From contig OZ241917.1 in NCBI GenBank assembly GCA_965203805.1, forward strand, positions 1,088,001 through 1,152,000: 64,000 nucleotides of DNA, written 5' to 3'. Shown in pieces: positions 39,593 through 51,591 of this stretch (positions are counted from its first letter, which is position 1; every line of letters starts with the position of its first letter). Under the pieces are notes generated by a model, which was given only the letters and a program-made list of their open reading frames with translations, had not been told where the DNA came from and searched no databases. The DNA is from Candidatus Latescibacterota bacterium. GTDB taxonomy: Bacteria; Latescibacterota; UBA2968; GCA-2709665. The position numbers were made by a program, and so were the translations under genes.

Positions 39593-41137
39593 ATGGACAG
39601 TCGAGACCGTGTGGTCATCTTCGACACCACGTTACGAGACGCCGAACAAACGCCCGGTGCGAAACTCTCGGTACGGGAGAAGGTCGAAATCGCCCAGCAA
39701 CTCGGCAAACTCAAGGTGGACGTCATCGAAGCAGGCTTTCCGATCTCGTCGGCCGAAGACTTCGAGGCGGTACGGCGAATCGGACAGGAGGTCGAGGGAC
39801 CGGCCGTATGCGGCCTTTCCAGGGCCGTCATGAAGGATATCGATCGTGCCGGCGAGGCGCTCAGAGGCGCGGCCAATCCCAGGATCCATACGTTCATCGG
39901 CACCTCGCCCCACCATATCGCGATGGTCGGCAAATCCGCCGACGAAGTTCTCGACATGGCCGTCGATGCCGTCAAAAGGGCGCGGGCGTACGTCGATGAC
40001 GTTGAATTCTCGCCTATGGATGCCGCCCGTACTGAACCCGGGTACCTCTATGCGATAATCGAGGCAACCATTGAAGCCGGCGCATCCACGGTGAACATTC
40101 CGGATACCGTGGGCTATGCCGTCCCCGAACAGTTCGGCGGTCTCATCCGAAATATACGCGAGAACGTACCCAATATAGACCGGGCCGTTATCAGCGTACA
40201 CTGTCACGACGACCTCGGGATGGCGGTCATCAACAGTCTCACAGCCATCCTGAACGGCGCGCGGCAGGCGGAATGCACCGTCAACGGCCTGGGCGAGCGT
40301 GCGGGCAACGCTTCGCTCGAGGAAATCGTGATGGCAATACGTACTCGGGCGGATTATTACCGGCTTTCTACGAATATAGACTCAAGGGAAATCTGTCCGA
40401 CGAGCCGGCTCGTGAGCCGCCTGATGGGCATACCCGTCGCGCCCAACAAGGCGATCGTGGGCGCCAACGCCTTCGCGCACAGTTCCGGTATTCACCAGGA
40501 CGGCGTCCTGAAGAACCGGGCGAACTTTGAAATCATCGACCCGAAGGACGTGGGCCTCGAAGCCACGAGCATCGTGCTCACGGCAAGATCGGGACGCCAC
40601 GCCCTCCGGCACCGGCTGGAAGAACTGGGATACCACCTCGAACAGAACGACCTGAACAAGGCGTACGAGCGATTTCTTATCGTTGCCGACAAGAAAAAGG
40701 AAGTGTACGACGAAGACCTGATGGCCATTGTCGAGGACGAGATCCGGGATATCCCCGAAAAATACAAGCTTCTGTACATGCACACCACCAGCGGCACCGG
40801 CACCATCCCCTCCGCAACCGTGCGGATTTGCATTGAGGGCGAAAGAGAAATCCAGGAGTCCGCCTGGGGCGACGGCCCGGTCGACGCCACCTACAAGGCC
40901 ATCGCCCAGGCCACCTCGACGGACGTCCGGGTCGACGAATGCCACATCCGTTCCGTCACCCACGGCGCCGAAGCGATGGGTGAAGTGACCGTTAAAGTCA
41001 CGGGACAGGAAGACGGCGCCACGGGAAGGGGCGCATCGACGGACATCATCCAGGCCAGCGCGAAGGCCTACATCGACGCCCTGAACCACCTGGCCTTGCG
41101 CTCCGGCGTAAGGCGGCACCGGACGGAAGCGGTATAG
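39593..41137 (+). CDS. leuA: 2-isopropylmalate synthase
   Basis: FDTTLRD, HCHDDLG, GLGERAGN, HSSGIHQDG, GDGPVDA. Confidence 0.96.
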   Translation: MDSRDRVVIFDTTLRDAEQTPGAKLSVREKVEIAQQLGKLKVDVIEAGFPISSAEDFEAVRRIGQEVEGPAVCGLSRAVMKDIDRAGEALRGAANPRIHTFIGTSPHHIAMVGKSADEVLDMAVDAVKRARAYVDDVEFSPMDAARTEPGYLYAIIEATIEAGASTVNIPDTVGYAVPEQFGGLIRNIRENVPNIDRAVISVHCHDDLGMAVINSLTAILNGARQAECTVNGLGERAGNASLEEIVMAIRTRADYYRLSTNIDSREICPTSRLVSRLMGIPVAPNKAIVGANAFAHSSGIHQDGVLKNRANFEIIDPKDVGLEATSIVLTARSGRHALRHRLEELGYHLEQNDLNKAYERFLIVADKKKEVYDEDLMAIVEDEIRDIPEKYKLLYMHTTSGTGTIPSATVRICIEGEREIQESAWGDGPVDATYKAIAQATSTDVRVDECHIRSVTHGAEAMGEVTVKVTGQEDGATGRGASTDIIQASAKAYIDALNHLALRSGVRRHRTEAV

Positions 41138-41205
41138 ACGCGGCAGAACCATCCGACGCCAATTTTTCGGCTCCCAAACCGTAATATCCGGAGGTTGCGC
41201 CACCC

Positions 41206-42609
41206 ATGGGCAAGAGTCTGTTTTACAAGGTGTGGGACGCCCACGCCGTTCGCGAACTTCCTTCGGGACAGACCCAGCTTTTCATAGGCCTGCACCTGAT
41301 CCACGAAGTAACGAGCCCCCAGGCGTTTCAGATGATGCGGGAACGCGGCCACAAAGTCGCGTATCCGGAGCGCACCTTTGCCACGGTGGACCATATTGTT
41401 CCCACCGATATCCGCACCCGCCCGCTGATGGATCCCATGGCCGAAGAGATGCTCGGCGCGATAGAGGAAAACTCGCGGGAATTCGATATTCCCCTCTTCA
41501 ATCTCCACGACGACCGTCAGGGCATCGTCCATATCATCGGCCCCGAACTCGGGCTCACGCAACCGGGCATGACCATCGCCTGCGGCGACAGCCACACATC
41601 CACCCACGGGGCGTTCGGCGCCATCGCCTTCGGCATCGGGACCTCGCAGGTGCGCGACGTCCTCGCCACGCAGTGCCTCGCCATGCACCCGCTCAAGGTC
41701 CGCCGCATCGAAGTGACCGGCAGCCTCCCGAAAGGCGTGTACGCGAAAGACGTCATCCTCAACATCATTCGCCGTCTCGGCGTCAACGGCGGCGTCGGTT
41801 TCGCATATGAATACGCCGGGCCGGTAATCGACGGGTTGAGCATGGAAGAACGCATGTCCATCTGCAACATGTCCATCGAAGGCGGCGCCCGCGCGGGATA
41901 CATCAATCCGGACCGGACCACGTTCGACTATCTCGCGGGACGGGCTTACTCGCCATCCAATGGTGGGTTCGACCGGGCTGTGGACTGGTGGAAGACCATG
42001 GCCTCGGACGCCGACGCACCTTACGACGATATCTTCGAACTGGACGGGGCGGCGCTCGAGCCCACCGTGACATGGGGCATCACCCCGGGCCAGGGCGTTT
42101 ACGTGACGGAAAAAGTCCCCGCCCTGCGGGATCTTCGTGACGATGAACGGGACGTCGCCGCCGAAGCCTACGAGTATATGGATTTCGACGCGGGAAGCCC
42201 CATCGCGGGCACGCCGATCGACGTCGCGTTCATCGGCTCCTGCACCAACGGCCGGATTTCCGATCTTCGAGAGGCCGCCAGCGTTGTGAAGGGGAAGACG
42301 GTGTCGGGCAATGTCAAGGCCCTGGTCGTACCCGGCTCCGCGGCCGTGCGCAGGAACGCGGAATCGGAAGGCTTGCATGAGGTTTTCCGGGAAGCCGGGT
42401 TTGAATGGAGAGAAGCGGGTTGTTCCATGTGTCTGGCCATGAACCCGGACAAGCTCCAGCACCGCCAGATCTGCGCTTCCTCGAGCAACCGGAATTTCAA
42501 GGGCCGCCAGGGCAGCCCCACGGGCCGCACCCTGCTGATGAGCCCGGCAATGGTCGCCGCCGCGGCCGTTTCCGGCGAAGTGACGGACGTACGTGCCATG
42601 CTCAAGTGA
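41206..42609 (+). CDS. leuC: 3-isopropylmalate dehydratase large subunit
   Basis: [39 protein letters not shown]. Confidence 0.97.
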   Translation: MGKSLFYKVWDAHAVRELPSGQTQLFIGLHLIHEVTSPQAFQMMRERGHKVAYPERTFATVDHIVPTDIRTRPLMDPMAEEMLGAIEENSREFDIPLFNLHDDRQGIVHIIGPELGLTQPGMTIACGDSHTSTHGAFGAIAFGIGTSQVRDVLATQCLAMHPLKVRRIEVTGSLPKGVYAKDVILNIIRRLGVNGGVGFAYEYAGPVIDGLSMEERMSICNMSIEGGARAGYINPDRTTFDYLAGRAYSPSNGGFDRAVDWWKTMASDADAPYDDIFELDGAALEPTVTWGITPGQGVYVTEKVPALRDLRDDERDVAAEAYEYMDFDAGSPIAGTPIDVAFIGSCTNGRISDLREAASVVKGKTVSGNVKALVVPGSAAVRRNAESEGLHEVFREAGFEWREAGCSMCLAMNPDKLQHRQICASSSNRNFKGRQGSPTGRTLLMSPAMVAAAAVSGEVTDVRAMLK

Positions 42610-42621
42610 AAGGGCATCCTG

Positions 42622-43218
42622 ATGAACGGCGCAACCTCCTCAGTCACCCGCGCATGGGGTCGAGGCATCCCGTTGCGGGGCAACGATATAGATACCGACC
42701 GGATCATACCTGCCAGGTACCTGCGCAAGATCACGTTCGAGGGCCTGGGGGAATTCGCCTTTGAAGACGACCGTAAATCCACGGACCATCCTTTCGACGA
42801 CGCCCGGTACCGGGGCGCGTCCATACTGGTGGTCAATGCCAACTTCGGATGCGGATCTTCCCGTGAACACGCGCCGCAGGCCATCATGCGCCGGGGTATC
42901 AGCGCCATCGTGGGCGAATCGTTTGCGGAGATATTCCAGGGCAACTGCACCGCAATGGGTTTGCCCTGCGTCACGGCTTCCGCCGCGAGCATTCAGACCC
43001 TGATGGACGCCATCGAATCCGATCCGACACGGGAGATCACCGTCGACCTGGAGGCAAAGACCCTGGTTTGCGGCGATCTGGGCGTCGAGGTCCGGATTCC
43101 GGACGGAGACCGCATTCAGCTCCTGGAAGGGACGTGGGACGCCACGGGGATGCTTCTGGACGGTCGCGAGGCCGTTCGCTCCGTCGCGCGGAATCTCCCA
43201 TATATATCAGGTTTTTAA
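42622..43218 (+). CDS. leuD: 3-isopropylmalate dehydratase small subunit
   Basis: DIDTDRIIPARYL, NFGCGSSREHAP, SFAEIF. Confidence 0.97.
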   Translation: MNGATSSVTRAWGRGIPLRGNDIDTDRIIPARYLRKITFEGLGEFAFEDDRKSTDHPFDDARYRGASILVVNANFGCGSSREHAPQAIMRRGISAIVGESFAEIFQGNCTAMGLPCVTASAASIQTLMDAIESDPTREITVDLEAKTLVCGDLGVEVRIPDGDRIQLLEGTWDATGMLLDGREAVRSVARNLPYISGF

Positions 43219-43235
43219 TCCATTGGAGGAACCCA

Positions 43236-44300
43236 TTGTCTTATAGGATCGCAGTCATCCCCGGAGACGGCACCGGCCCGGAAGTTGTCGCTGAAGGGCT
43301 GAAATGCGTCACCGCCGCGGCGCAAAAATGCGGGTTCGACTTTGATACGGTCACCTTCGATTTCGGCGGCGATCGGTACCTGAGAACCGGCGAGACCCTG
43401 CCGGACTCGGCGATCGAGGAACTCCGTGGATTCGACGCCATCTATCTTGGCGCGATCGGCCATCCGGACGTCCGCCCCGGGATCCTGGAGAAGGGCATTC
43501 TCCTGAGAACCCGCTTCGAACTCGACCAGTACATCAATCTGCGTCCGGTCAAGCTATACCCCAGCGTGGACTGCCCCCTTAAGGACAAGGGCCCCGAGGA
43601 CATCGATTTTATCGTCGTGCGGGAAAATACCGAGGGCCTCTATTCCGGCGCGGGCGGATTCCTGAAGAAGGGCACGCCCGACGAGGTCGCCGTCCAGGAA
43701 TCCGTCAATACACGCAAGGGTGTCGAGCGCTGCCTGAGGTATGCCTTCGAAGTTACGCGCAGGCGCGAGCGGGAGAATACCCTTACCCTCTGCGGCAAGA
43801 CCAACGTGCTTACCTTTGCCTTCGACCTCTGGGAGCGCGCGTTCAACGAAATCGGAAGTGCCGACTACCCCGATGTCAAGCGAGACTATGCCCACGTTGA
43901 CGCCATTACGATGTGGATGGTGAAAAACCCGGAATGGTTCGACGTCATTGTCACCGACAACATGTTCGGCGACATCATCACCGACCTGGGGGCGATGATT
44001 CAGGGCGGCATGGGCGTCGCGGCCGGTGGCAACATCAATCCTGAGGGCGTCTCCATGTTCGAGCCCATCGGCGGATCGGCGCCGAAATATACCGGCATGG
44101 GGGTCATCAATCCCGTGGCCGGCATCGCCGCCGCGCAGATGATGCTCGACGTACTGGGCGAGACCGAAAGCGCCGCCAATCTGGAAAGCGCCATCATCCA
44201 CGTCGTTGGCACCCGACTCAAGGGTATGGGCGCCGGAGAGATGGGCTTCAGCACCTCCGAAGTCGGCGACCTCATCGCCGACGCAGTCGCACGTGCCTGA
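43236..44300 (+). CDS. leuB: 3-isopropylmalate dehydrogenase
   Basis: [34 protein letters not shown]; TTG start after GGAGG. Confidence 0.94.
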   Translation: MSYRIAVIPGDGTGPEVVAEGLKCVTAAAQKCGFDFDTVTFDFGGDRYLRTGETLPDSAIEELRGFDAIYLGAIGHPDVRPGILEKGILLRTRFELDQYINLRPVKLYPSVDCPLKDKGPEDIDFIVVRENTEGLYSGAGGFLKKGTPDEVAVQESVNTRKGVERCLRYAFEVTRRRERENTLTLCGKTNVLTFAFDLWERAFNEIGSADYPDVKRDYAHVDAITMWMVKNPEWFDVIVTDNMFGDIITDLGAMIQGGMGVAAGGNINPEGVSMFEPIGGSAPKYTGMGVINPVAGIAAAQMMLDVLGETESAANLESAIIHVVGTRLKGMGAGEMGFSTSEVGDLIADAVARA

Positions 44301-44484
44301 TACGGAGAACTGTCGATGACGCACGAGAATTCAGCGGAAAGGAAGTGGAATCAGCCGGGCGGCGGCCGCCGCCCGGACCGCATTGGACCGGTGGACGATT
44401 GATTTCAAGGGCGCCACCCCCGGCCGATCGGGTGCGCCTGTCCGAGATCCGCCAATCACCAATCCAATGCATAGGGAGCCGTTA

Positions 44485-46092
44485 ATGTCCAACCACGTAC
44501 AGATATACGATTCCACCCTGAGGGACGGCGCACAGGCCGAAGGCATCGCATTTTCTCTGGAAGACAAGCTGATGATCGCGCAGCGCCTCGACGAACTCGG
44601 TGTGCAATACATCGAGGGCGGGTGGCCGAATCCCACCAATCCCAAAGACCTTGAATTCTTCAATCGCATCAGCGAACTCCCGCTCGAGAACGCGAAAGTT
44701 GCCGCCTTCGGCAGCACCCGCCGGGCGAACAATCATCCGGAGGATGACGGTATTCTCAACACCCTGCTCCAGGCGGGGACGAACGTGGTCACCCTCTTCG
44801 GCAAGTCATGGGAACTGCACGTCACCCACGTCCTCCGCACCACTCGCGACGAAAACCTGAAACTCATCCAGGACTCCGTCGCGTTCATCGGATCGAACGG
44901 GCGCGAGGTCGTCTACGACGCGGAGCACTTCTTCGACGGGTACAAGGCCGACCCGCACTACGCCGTCGCCACGCTGCTGGCCGCACAGGACGGCGGCGCA
45001 CGCATTCTCGTACTTTGCGACACCAACGGCGGCACCCTGCCCTCGGAACTGCAGGAAATCATCGAAGACGTAAAGCAAAAGATCAGCCTGCCGTTTGGGA
45101 TCCACACCCACAACGACGCCGGCGTGGGGGTCGCCAACGCGCTTGTGGCCGTAGAAATGGGCGCCGCACAGGTCCAGGGTACATTCAACGGATACGGTGA
45201 GCGTTGCGGCAACGCCAATCTCTGTTCCATCATTCCGAGTCTCGAACTGAAACTCGATAAAACCAGCATCGGCCCCGGAAAACTGGCGAAATTGATGGAC
45301 TTCTCCCGTTTCCTGAGCGAAATCGCAAATGTCCATCACGACCACCGACAGCCCTACGTGGGCGAGAGTGCGTTTGCGCACAAGGGCGGGGTCCACATCG
45401 ACGCCATGGTCAAACAGCCGGCCACCTACGAACACTGCGATCCCGAGGAGGTCGGGAACGAACGGCGCTTCCTGCTGTCCGAACAATCCGGGAGCGCCAC
45501 CATCGCCGCCAAGTTGAATCACCTCATCCCCGGACTCGACAAAAAACATCCGGCGCTTCAGCACATTCTTCGACAGATCAAACAACTCGAAAACGAGGGC
45601 TACGTTTTCGAGGCCGCGGAGGCATCCTTCGAGATTCTGGCGCGCAAGGCGCTCGGCGCCATTTCCGACCCGTTCCGGCTCATCGGATTCCGCACCATCA
45701 ACCGCAAATCCGCGGAAGCGACGGAAGTCGAAGCGATCGTCAAAGTCGAGGTGGAGGGTCGGACCTATCACACGGTAGCCGACGGAGACGGTCCGGTCAA
45801 CGCGCTGGACGCGGCGCTGCGGCAGGGCCTGGAGCAGGAGTACCCCATCCTCAAGGACGTCCACCTGGAAGACTACAAGGTCCGCGTCCTGTCCGCCCAC
45901 GACGGCACCGCCGCAAGGGTACGGGTACTCATCGAGTCCTCGGACCGCCGGAGAATCTGGAATACGATCGGCGTGTCCGAGAATATCATAGAAGCCAGCT
46001 GGATCGCTCTGGTGGACAGCCTCACGTACAAGCTGCTCCTGGAGGGCGTCCTTGCAAACACCGAACCGATCCTGCAGGAAGCGCTGGCATGA
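44485..46092 (+). CDS. cimA: citramalate synthase
   Basis: YDSTLRDGAQAEG, YDAEHFFDG, GYGERCGNA, FAHKGGVH, DYKVRVL. Confidence 0.92.
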   Translation: MSNHVQIYDSTLRDGAQAEGIAFSLEDKLMIAQRLDELGVQYIEGGWPNPTNPKDLEFFNRISELPLENAKVAAFGSTRRANNHPEDDGILNTLLQAGTNVVTLFGKSWELHVTHVLRTTRDENLKLIQDSVAFIGSNGREVVYDAEHFFDGYKADPHYAVATLLAAQDGGARILVLCDTNGGTLPSELQEIIEDVKQKISLPFGIHTHNDAGVGVANALVAVEMGAAQVQGTFNGYGERCGNANLCSIIPSLELKLDKTSIGPGKLAKLMDFSRFLSEIANVHHDHRQPYVGESAFAHKGGVHIDAMVKQPATYEHCDPEEVGNERRFLLSEQSGSATIAAKLNHLIPGLDKKHPALQHILRQIKQLENEGYVFEAAEASFEILARKALGAISDPFRLIGFRTINRKSAEATEVEAIVKVEVEGRTYHTVADGDGPVNALDAALRQGLEQEYPILKDVHLEDYKVRVLSAHDGTAARVRVLIESSDRRRIWNTIGVSENIIEASWIALVDSLTYKLLLEGVLANTEPILQEALA

Positions 46093-46144
46093 ATCCCGCG
46101 CCCGCCGGGACTGACGGGGTCGGGTCTCCTTTCCGATTGAAAAA

Positions 46145-47317
46145 ATGAAAATCACCTCCCGCAGAATCGAACGCCTTCCGCCGTATGTATTTGCCGAGGT
46201 CAACGCGCACAAGATGCGCCTGCGCCGGCAGGGCGTGGATATCATCGATCTCGGGATGGGAAATCCGGACCAGCCTACGCCGGCGCACATTGTGGACAAG
46301 CTCATCGAAGTCGCCGGTGATCCGAAAACCCACCGCTATGCCCCCTCGCAGGGTATCGCCGCGTTGCGCGCGGCGATCTGCCGGCATTACAGGAGGCGTT
46401 TCGGCGTCGACCTGGACCCCGACACGGAGGCCCTCGCTACCATCGGCTCCAAGGAGGGCCTCGCCCACATCTGCCTGGCGCTTCTCGATCCCGGCGATCT
46501 CGCGATCGTGCCCAACCCGGCGTACCCGCTGCATCTCTACGGCGTGGCCATTGCAAACGGCAATGTCCTGAGCCTTCCTCTCCGACCGGAGAAAGAGTTC
46601 ATTCCTGAAATCCAGATGGTGGCCAGGGAGCTGTGGCCAAAACCGAAGATGATGATTTTCAATTTCCCGAACAACCCCACGACAGCGACGGTTGACGCTG
46701 CTTTTTTCGAAGAGATCGTGGATTTCGCCAGGCGGCAGGAAATCGTCATTATCCACGATATGGCCTACTCCGACATCGTCTTCGACGGCTACTGCGCACC
46801 CAGCCTTCTCCAGGTGAAAGGCGCAAAGGACGTGGGCGTTGAATTCTACACCATGTCCAAGACCTACAACATGGCCGGTTGGCGGGTCGGTTTCTGTCTG
46901 GGCAATCCGGAAGTCATCGAAGCGCTGAAGACGATAAAACACTACTACGACTACGGTATCTTCACGCCCATCCAGGTCGCCGCCATCGCCGCCCTGGACG
47001 GTCCCCAGGACTGCGTCGTTCAGGCCGCCGAGATCTACCGATCCAGGCGTGACGTACTGGTCGAGGGGCTCAACCGGATCGGCTGGCCCGTTTTCAAACC
47101 CAAGGCGTCGATGTTCATCTGGACGCCGATTCCCGACAAATACCGCTACCTGGGCTCCATGTCGTTTGCCCTCAAGATGATGGAGGAAGCGGAGGTCGCC
47201 GTTTCCCCAGGGATCGGTTTCGGCGACATGGGCGAAGGTTACGTGCGGATTTCTCTCATTGAAAACGAGCACCGCATCCGTCAGGCCATCAGAAATATCA
47301 AGCGGGCATTCTTCTGA
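46145..47317 (+). CDS. class I PLP aminotransferase (AlaC / LL-DAP aminotransferase-like)
   Basis: LPPYVF, DLGMGNPD, GSKEG, NFPNNPT, SKTYNMAGWRVG. Confidence 0.88.
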   Translation: MKITSRRIERLPPYVFAEVNAHKMRLRRQGVDIIDLGMGNPDQPTPAHIVDKLIEVAGDPKTHRYAPSQGIAALRAAICRHYRRRFGVDLDPDTEALATIGSKEGLAHICLALLDPGDLAIVPNPAYPLHLYGVAIANGNVLSLPLRPEKEFIPEIQMVARELWPKPKMMIFNFPNNPTTATVDAAFFEEIVDFARRQEIVIIHDMAYSDIVFDGYCAPSLLQVKGAKDVGVEFYTMSKTYNMAGWRVGFCLGNPEVIEALKTIKHYYDYGIFTPIQVAAIAALDGPQDCVVQAAEIYRSRRDVLVEGLNRIGWPVFKPKASMFIWTPIPDKYRYLGSMSFALKMMEEAEVAVSPGIGFGDMGEGYVRISLIENEHRIRQAIRNIKRAFF

Positions 47318-47328
47318 GAGGATCGGCT

Positions 47329-48522
47329 GTGAACGTCACCGAAGGGAGTTGTATCTGCCCCGAAGGTTTCCGCGCCTCGGGTATCGCCTGCGGCCTGAAG
47401 CCGGAAGGCATGGATATGGCCCTCATCGCGTCAACCAGACCGGCAGCGGCGGCGGGCGTGTTCACGACCAACCGGGTTCAGGCGGCGCCGATCCAGGTCA
47501 ACCGGGAACACCTGGCGGACAATACCGCACAGGCCATCGTCGTCAACAGCAAGAACGCCAATGCCTGTACGGGCGAACGGGGATTGGCCGATGCCCGGCT
47601 GACGGCGCGCGAGGTGGCGCGCGAACTCGACATCGCGCCCGAAGACGTTTTGGTCAACTCGACGGGGGTGATCGGGGTGCCGCTGCCCATGGAGAACATC
47701 CGGGCGGGTATCCCCGCGGCGGTCCGCGGCCTGCGTGAGGATGGCTGGGCGGACGCGTCTCTCGCGATCATGACCACCGATACGGTGCCGAAGCAGGCGT
47801 CCGTGGAAATCCGGCTCGACGGGCGCGCCGTTACCATCTCCGGAATCGCTAAAGGCGCCGGAATGATCGCGCCCGATATGGCCACAATGCTTGCCTTTGT
47901 CGTCACGGACGCCGTTGTGCCGCCGGCACGCCTGGAAACGTGTCTCCGCGTGGCTGCAGAACGGTCTTTCAACTGCATAACGGTTGACGGCGACACAAGC
48001 ACGAACGACACGGTACTCCTGTTGTCCAACGGCGCCGGCGGCGGACGCCCGATATCCGGCGGCGAGATCGAGACCTTTCAGTCCGGACTGAACGCCGTCT
48101 GCGGCAGCCTGGCCAGGCAGATCGCGCGCGACGGCGAAGGCGCAACCAAGCTCATCACCATCCGGGTCGCCGGTGCGCCGAACCGTCAGGATGCCCGGAA
48201 GATCGGCCTGGCCGTCGGCAATTCCAACCTCGTCAAGACCGCCGTCTTCGGCAGAGACCCGAACTGGGGTCGGATCCTGTGCGCGATCGGGTACGCCGGC
48301 GTGCCGGTCGAACCCGGCAGGATCTCCGTGTCGATGGCCGGCATCCCCATCTACGGCGAAGGAGGCGGCCTGCCTTTCGATGCCGGGGAAGCTATTCGGG
48401 CTTTGTCGACAGCTGAGGTTGAGATCGAAATCCACCTCGGTCTGGGCGACGAATCCGCCACGATCTACTCGTGCGACCTGACCTACGACTACGTCAGAAT
48501 CAACGCCGAATACACGACCTGA
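47329..48522 (+). CDS. argJ: ornithine acetyltransferase / N-acetylglutamate synthase
   Basis: IMTTDT, KGAGMIAPDMATML, DTSTND, DGEGATK, YVRINAEYTT. Confidence 0.96.
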   Translation: MNVTEGSCICPEGFRASGIACGLKPEGMDMALIASTRPAAAAGVFTTNRVQAAPIQVNREHLADNTAQAIVVNSKNANACTGERGLADARLTAREVARELDIAPEDVLVNSTGVIGVPLPMENIRAGIPAAVRGLREDGWADASLAIMTTDTVPKQASVEIRLDGRAVTISGIAKGAGMIAPDMATMLAFVVTDAVVPPARLETCLRVAAERSFNCITVDGDTSTNDTVLLLSNGAGGGRPISGGEIETFQSGLNAVCGSLARQIARDGEGATKLITIRVAGAPNRQDARKIGLAVGNSNLVKTAVFGRDPNWGRILCAIGYAGVPVEPGRISVSMAGIPIYGEGGGLPFDAGEAIRALSTAEVEIEIHLGLGDESATIYSCDLTYDYVRINAEYTT

Positions 48523-48623
48523 CGGGGAGCGGGCGTGATGTTTGACACGGAGCCCCGGGGCGGCTCCAGGGCACTCGGAGCGCGGTTCTCTTGATCGCAC
48601 GCAACCCGTAGTCGATACAAACC

Positions 48624-49841
48624 ATGGACAAGACCGGCTCGTCGTTCGCCAAACGCGTGCTCGATATCGATGAATCGCTTACGGTCGCCACGTTTGCCCG
48701 AATGGGTGAATTGAAGCGCAGGGGCAAGGATGTCATCGCCCTGGTCGCGGGAGAACCCGATTTTGACACCCCTGCAAACATCAAGGATGCCGGGATCCAG
48801 GCGATCGTCAACGGACACACCAAATACACCGCGCCCGCATCGGGTCTTCCCGAACTCAAACAGGCAATCGCGAGTAAACTCGACAGAGAAAACAACCTGG
48901 ACTACGACCCGTCGGAGATTGTTGTCACCTGCGGGGCCAAGCAGATTATCTTCGACGCGGTCGTGGCGCTGATCAACCCCGGCGACGAGGCCTTGATTCC
49001 AGCTCCTTACTGGGTCAGCTACGCTGACCAGGTCAGACTGATGGGCGGGCGGCCTGTCATTCTGAATACAACCGACGCGACGGGTTTCAGGCTTACGCCC
49101 GGGATGCTTGCGGACGCCATCACCGCGCGGTCCAAGTTCGTGCTCCTGAACAGCCCGTGCAATCCAACCGGCGAAGTGTACACGCCCGATGAACTGGGCG
49201 CACTCGCCGGCGTCATCGCGGATGCCGGCATATACGCGATATCGGACGAGATCTATGAAAAAATCGTCTATAACGGCGCCGAGCACGTCTCGATCGCCGC
49301 TATTCATCCTGAGATCAAGCGAAGAACGCTGCTTGTCAACGGTTTCTCCAAAGCCTACGCGATGACCGGCTGGCGGGTGGGCTACGGCGCCGGTCCGCCC
49401 GACCTGATGAAACTGATCTCCAAGGTACAGAGCCAGGAAACCACGAACACCTGCACGATTTCCCAGTACGCGGCCGTCGAGGCGCTCAACGGGCCTCAGG
49501 ATAGCGTGGAGGCGATGCGAGCCGCATTCCAGGAACGCCGAAATCTGATCGTCGACCGTCTGAACGACATGCCGGGGATCTCGTGCCGCCTTCCGGGGGG
49601 CGCCTTCTACGCCTTTCCGAACGTGTCCGCCCTGTATGGCGAACGGATCAGGAACGACGTTGAACTTGCCAATTACCTCCTGGAAACAGCCGGGACGGGC
49701 TGCGTACCGGGAAGCGGCTTCGGTTCCGGCGACCACCTGCGCTTTTCCTATGCCGCGTCATTACCGGAGATTCGGGAGGCCATGGACCGAATCGAGACCG
49801 CGATCAGGCGGATTGAGTGTTCTGTCGGAAAGGACACATGA
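48624..49841 (+). CDS. aspC: aspartate aminotransferase-like PLP enzyme
   Basis: [32 protein letters not shown]. Confidence 0.88.
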   Translation: MDKTGSSFAKRVLDIDESLTVATFARMGELKRRGKDVIALVAGEPDFDTPANIKDAGIQAIVNGHTKYTAPASGLPELKQAIASKLDRENNLDYDPSEIVVTCGAKQIIFDAVVALINPGDEALIPAPYWVSYADQVRLMGGRPVILNTTDATGFRLTPGMLADAITARSKFVLLNSPCNPTGEVYTPDELGALAGVIADAGIYAISDEIYEKIVYNGAEHVSIAAIHPEIKRRTLLVNGFSKAYAMTGWRVGYGAGPPDLMKLISKVQSQETTNTCTISQYAAVEALNGPQDSVEAMRAAFQERRNLIVDRLNDMPGISCRLPGGAFYAFPNVSALYGERIRNDVELANYLLETAGTGCVPGSGFGSGDHLRFSYAASLPEIREAMDRIETAIRRIECSVGKDT

Positions 49842-50809
49842 CGATGACGGACAAGAAAAAAATCTATCTGGATTTCGAGCGCCCCATTGCCGAGCTGGAC
49901 GAGAAGATCGAGACCCTTAAAAGCCGTGTCGAGACCGAAAAGCTCGACCTGACGGCCGAGCTGTCCACTCTGGAAAAACGGCTGCAAAAGCTCGAAAGGG
50001 AAGTCTACTCGGACATGAGCCGGTGGCAGATCTACCAGGTGGCGGGACACCCCCAGCGCCCCCATACGCTGGATTTCATTCGATTGATGCTCACCGATTT
50101 CACTGAGCTTCGCGGCGACCGGACCTTTAAAGACGATCCCGCGCTGGTGAGCGGCTTCGCCCGCCTCGAAGGACAACCTCTCCTGGTCCTTGGAACGCAG
50201 AAAGGACGCAATACAAAGGAAAATATCCACCGAAACTTCGGTATGGCCCACCCCGAAGGGTATCGAAAGGCGCTTCGCGTCATGAAACTCGCCGCCAAAT
50301 TCAAACGCCCCGTCGTGTGTCTGATCGATACGCCCGGCGCCTATCCGGGCATCGGATCGGAGGAACGGAGCGTTTCCGAAGCCATCGCCAGGAATCTCTT
50401 CGAGATTTCCAGGCTTCCGGTTCCAATCATCGTCGTCATCATCGGCGAGGGCGCAAGCGGAGGCGCACTCGGAATCGGGGTCGGCGACAGAATCCTGATG
50501 CTGGAAAACGCTTGGTACTCCGTGATCAACCCTCAGTCCTGTTCTCTCATTCTCTGGCGGAATCGCGATAAGAGAGAAGAAGCGGCCGAAGCACTGAAAA
50601 TCACCGCCCCCGACCTGGTTCCCCTCGGGATCGTCGACCGAATCGTCCCCGAACCATTCGGCGGCGCGCACAGAGACCCCGTTACGGCGGCCGGGAATCT
50701 GAAGCGGATTCTGCTGGACGAACTTCGGCATCTCCAGGGCATACGCCCCGACGAACTTGTGCGCGAGCGGGTGGACAAGTTCGGTCGGATGGGGGTCTGG
50801 GACGAATGA
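49838..50809 (+). CDS. accA: acetyl-CoA carboxylase carboxyltransferase alpha subunit
   Basis: [39 protein letters not shown]. Confidence 0.96.
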   Translation: MTMTDKKKIYLDFERPIAELDEKIETLKSRVETEKLDLTAELSTLEKRLQKLEREVYSDMSRWQIYQVAGHPQRPHTLDFIRLMLTDFTELRGDRTFKDDPALVSGFARLEGQPLLVLGTQKGRNTKENIHRNFGMAHPEGYRKALRVMKLAAKFKRPVVCLIDTPGAYPGIGSEERSVSEAIARNLFEISRLPVPIIVVIIGEGASGGALGIGVGDRILMLENAWYSVINPQSCSLILWRNRDKREEAAEALKITAPDLVPLGIVDRIVPEPFGGAHRDPVTAAGNLKRILLDELRHLQGIRPDELVRERVDKFGRMGVWDE

Positions 50810-51111
50810 CCCGGGCCCGCGGCGGTTCCACCGGATATACATCGTCTCCGTGCAGCAAAATCAGCAAAAAATGGGCCACTGGTTGTCCGTTTTTTTTTCC
50901 TTTGACGTCCTTCGGCGCCGGGATTTTTCTAACTTGCTGTTAACGTGGGACGTTTCGCGAATCGAGCGAAAATCCGGAGATATGCAGGGGAAGAATGGCA
51001 CGCGGACACCCGCCACACTGCCAAAAAAAAATCAGTACGTCCAGCCAGTTGTGTTTCAATATCTTATGCGAAAGTCACGTATTCCGTCTCCCATTTTTCT
51101 CAAATTACTTC

Positions 51112-51140
51112 TTGACGGAAGGGGGATCGGAATATATATT
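51112..51140 (+). promoter_or_regulatory. orphan sigma70-type promoter
   Basis: TTGACG-17 nt-TATATT with no recognisable downstream gene on + strand. Confidence 0.45.
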
Positions 51141-51591
51141 TTCGAACCGTTCTTGCGAAGAGACTGTCTTCTCATAAAATGTTGTCTTGGAGTAAGTTAC
51201 ATCTCAGGATCCGTGTGTCTTTTCCACAGACGCTCATCGGCAATGACACCCGGATTCGGGACGGAACCGGGGTCTTCAGCGGTTCACTTGATGTTGGGCC
51301 CGGGCCCGCAGATCATAGACAGACCATCCCGGGAATTAAACGTCGCAGGAACCTCGTTTTCTTCTAAGCTATTGCTATAATGGGCGGTATGGCCGTTACC
51401 GGAATTCGCTTCGGCATCTGATCCAGCCCGGGGGAAGTTGAAAGCACCGGCTCTTTGGTTGGCGGCAGTCTTATTGGGGGAGATAATACTGCCAGCTAGA
51501 CCGATCACGTAGAACTGCTGCTTTTCTTCCTATGCATCGTGGCTCTGTGCCGAATCCGCGTTCCAGTACGTCCAGCCGCCCTTTTTTTCGT

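Noticed and set aside
44355-44376. Perfect 22-bp GC palindrome between leuB and cimA
   Set aside because: Single low-complexity copy; most simply an mRNA-stabilising hairpin.
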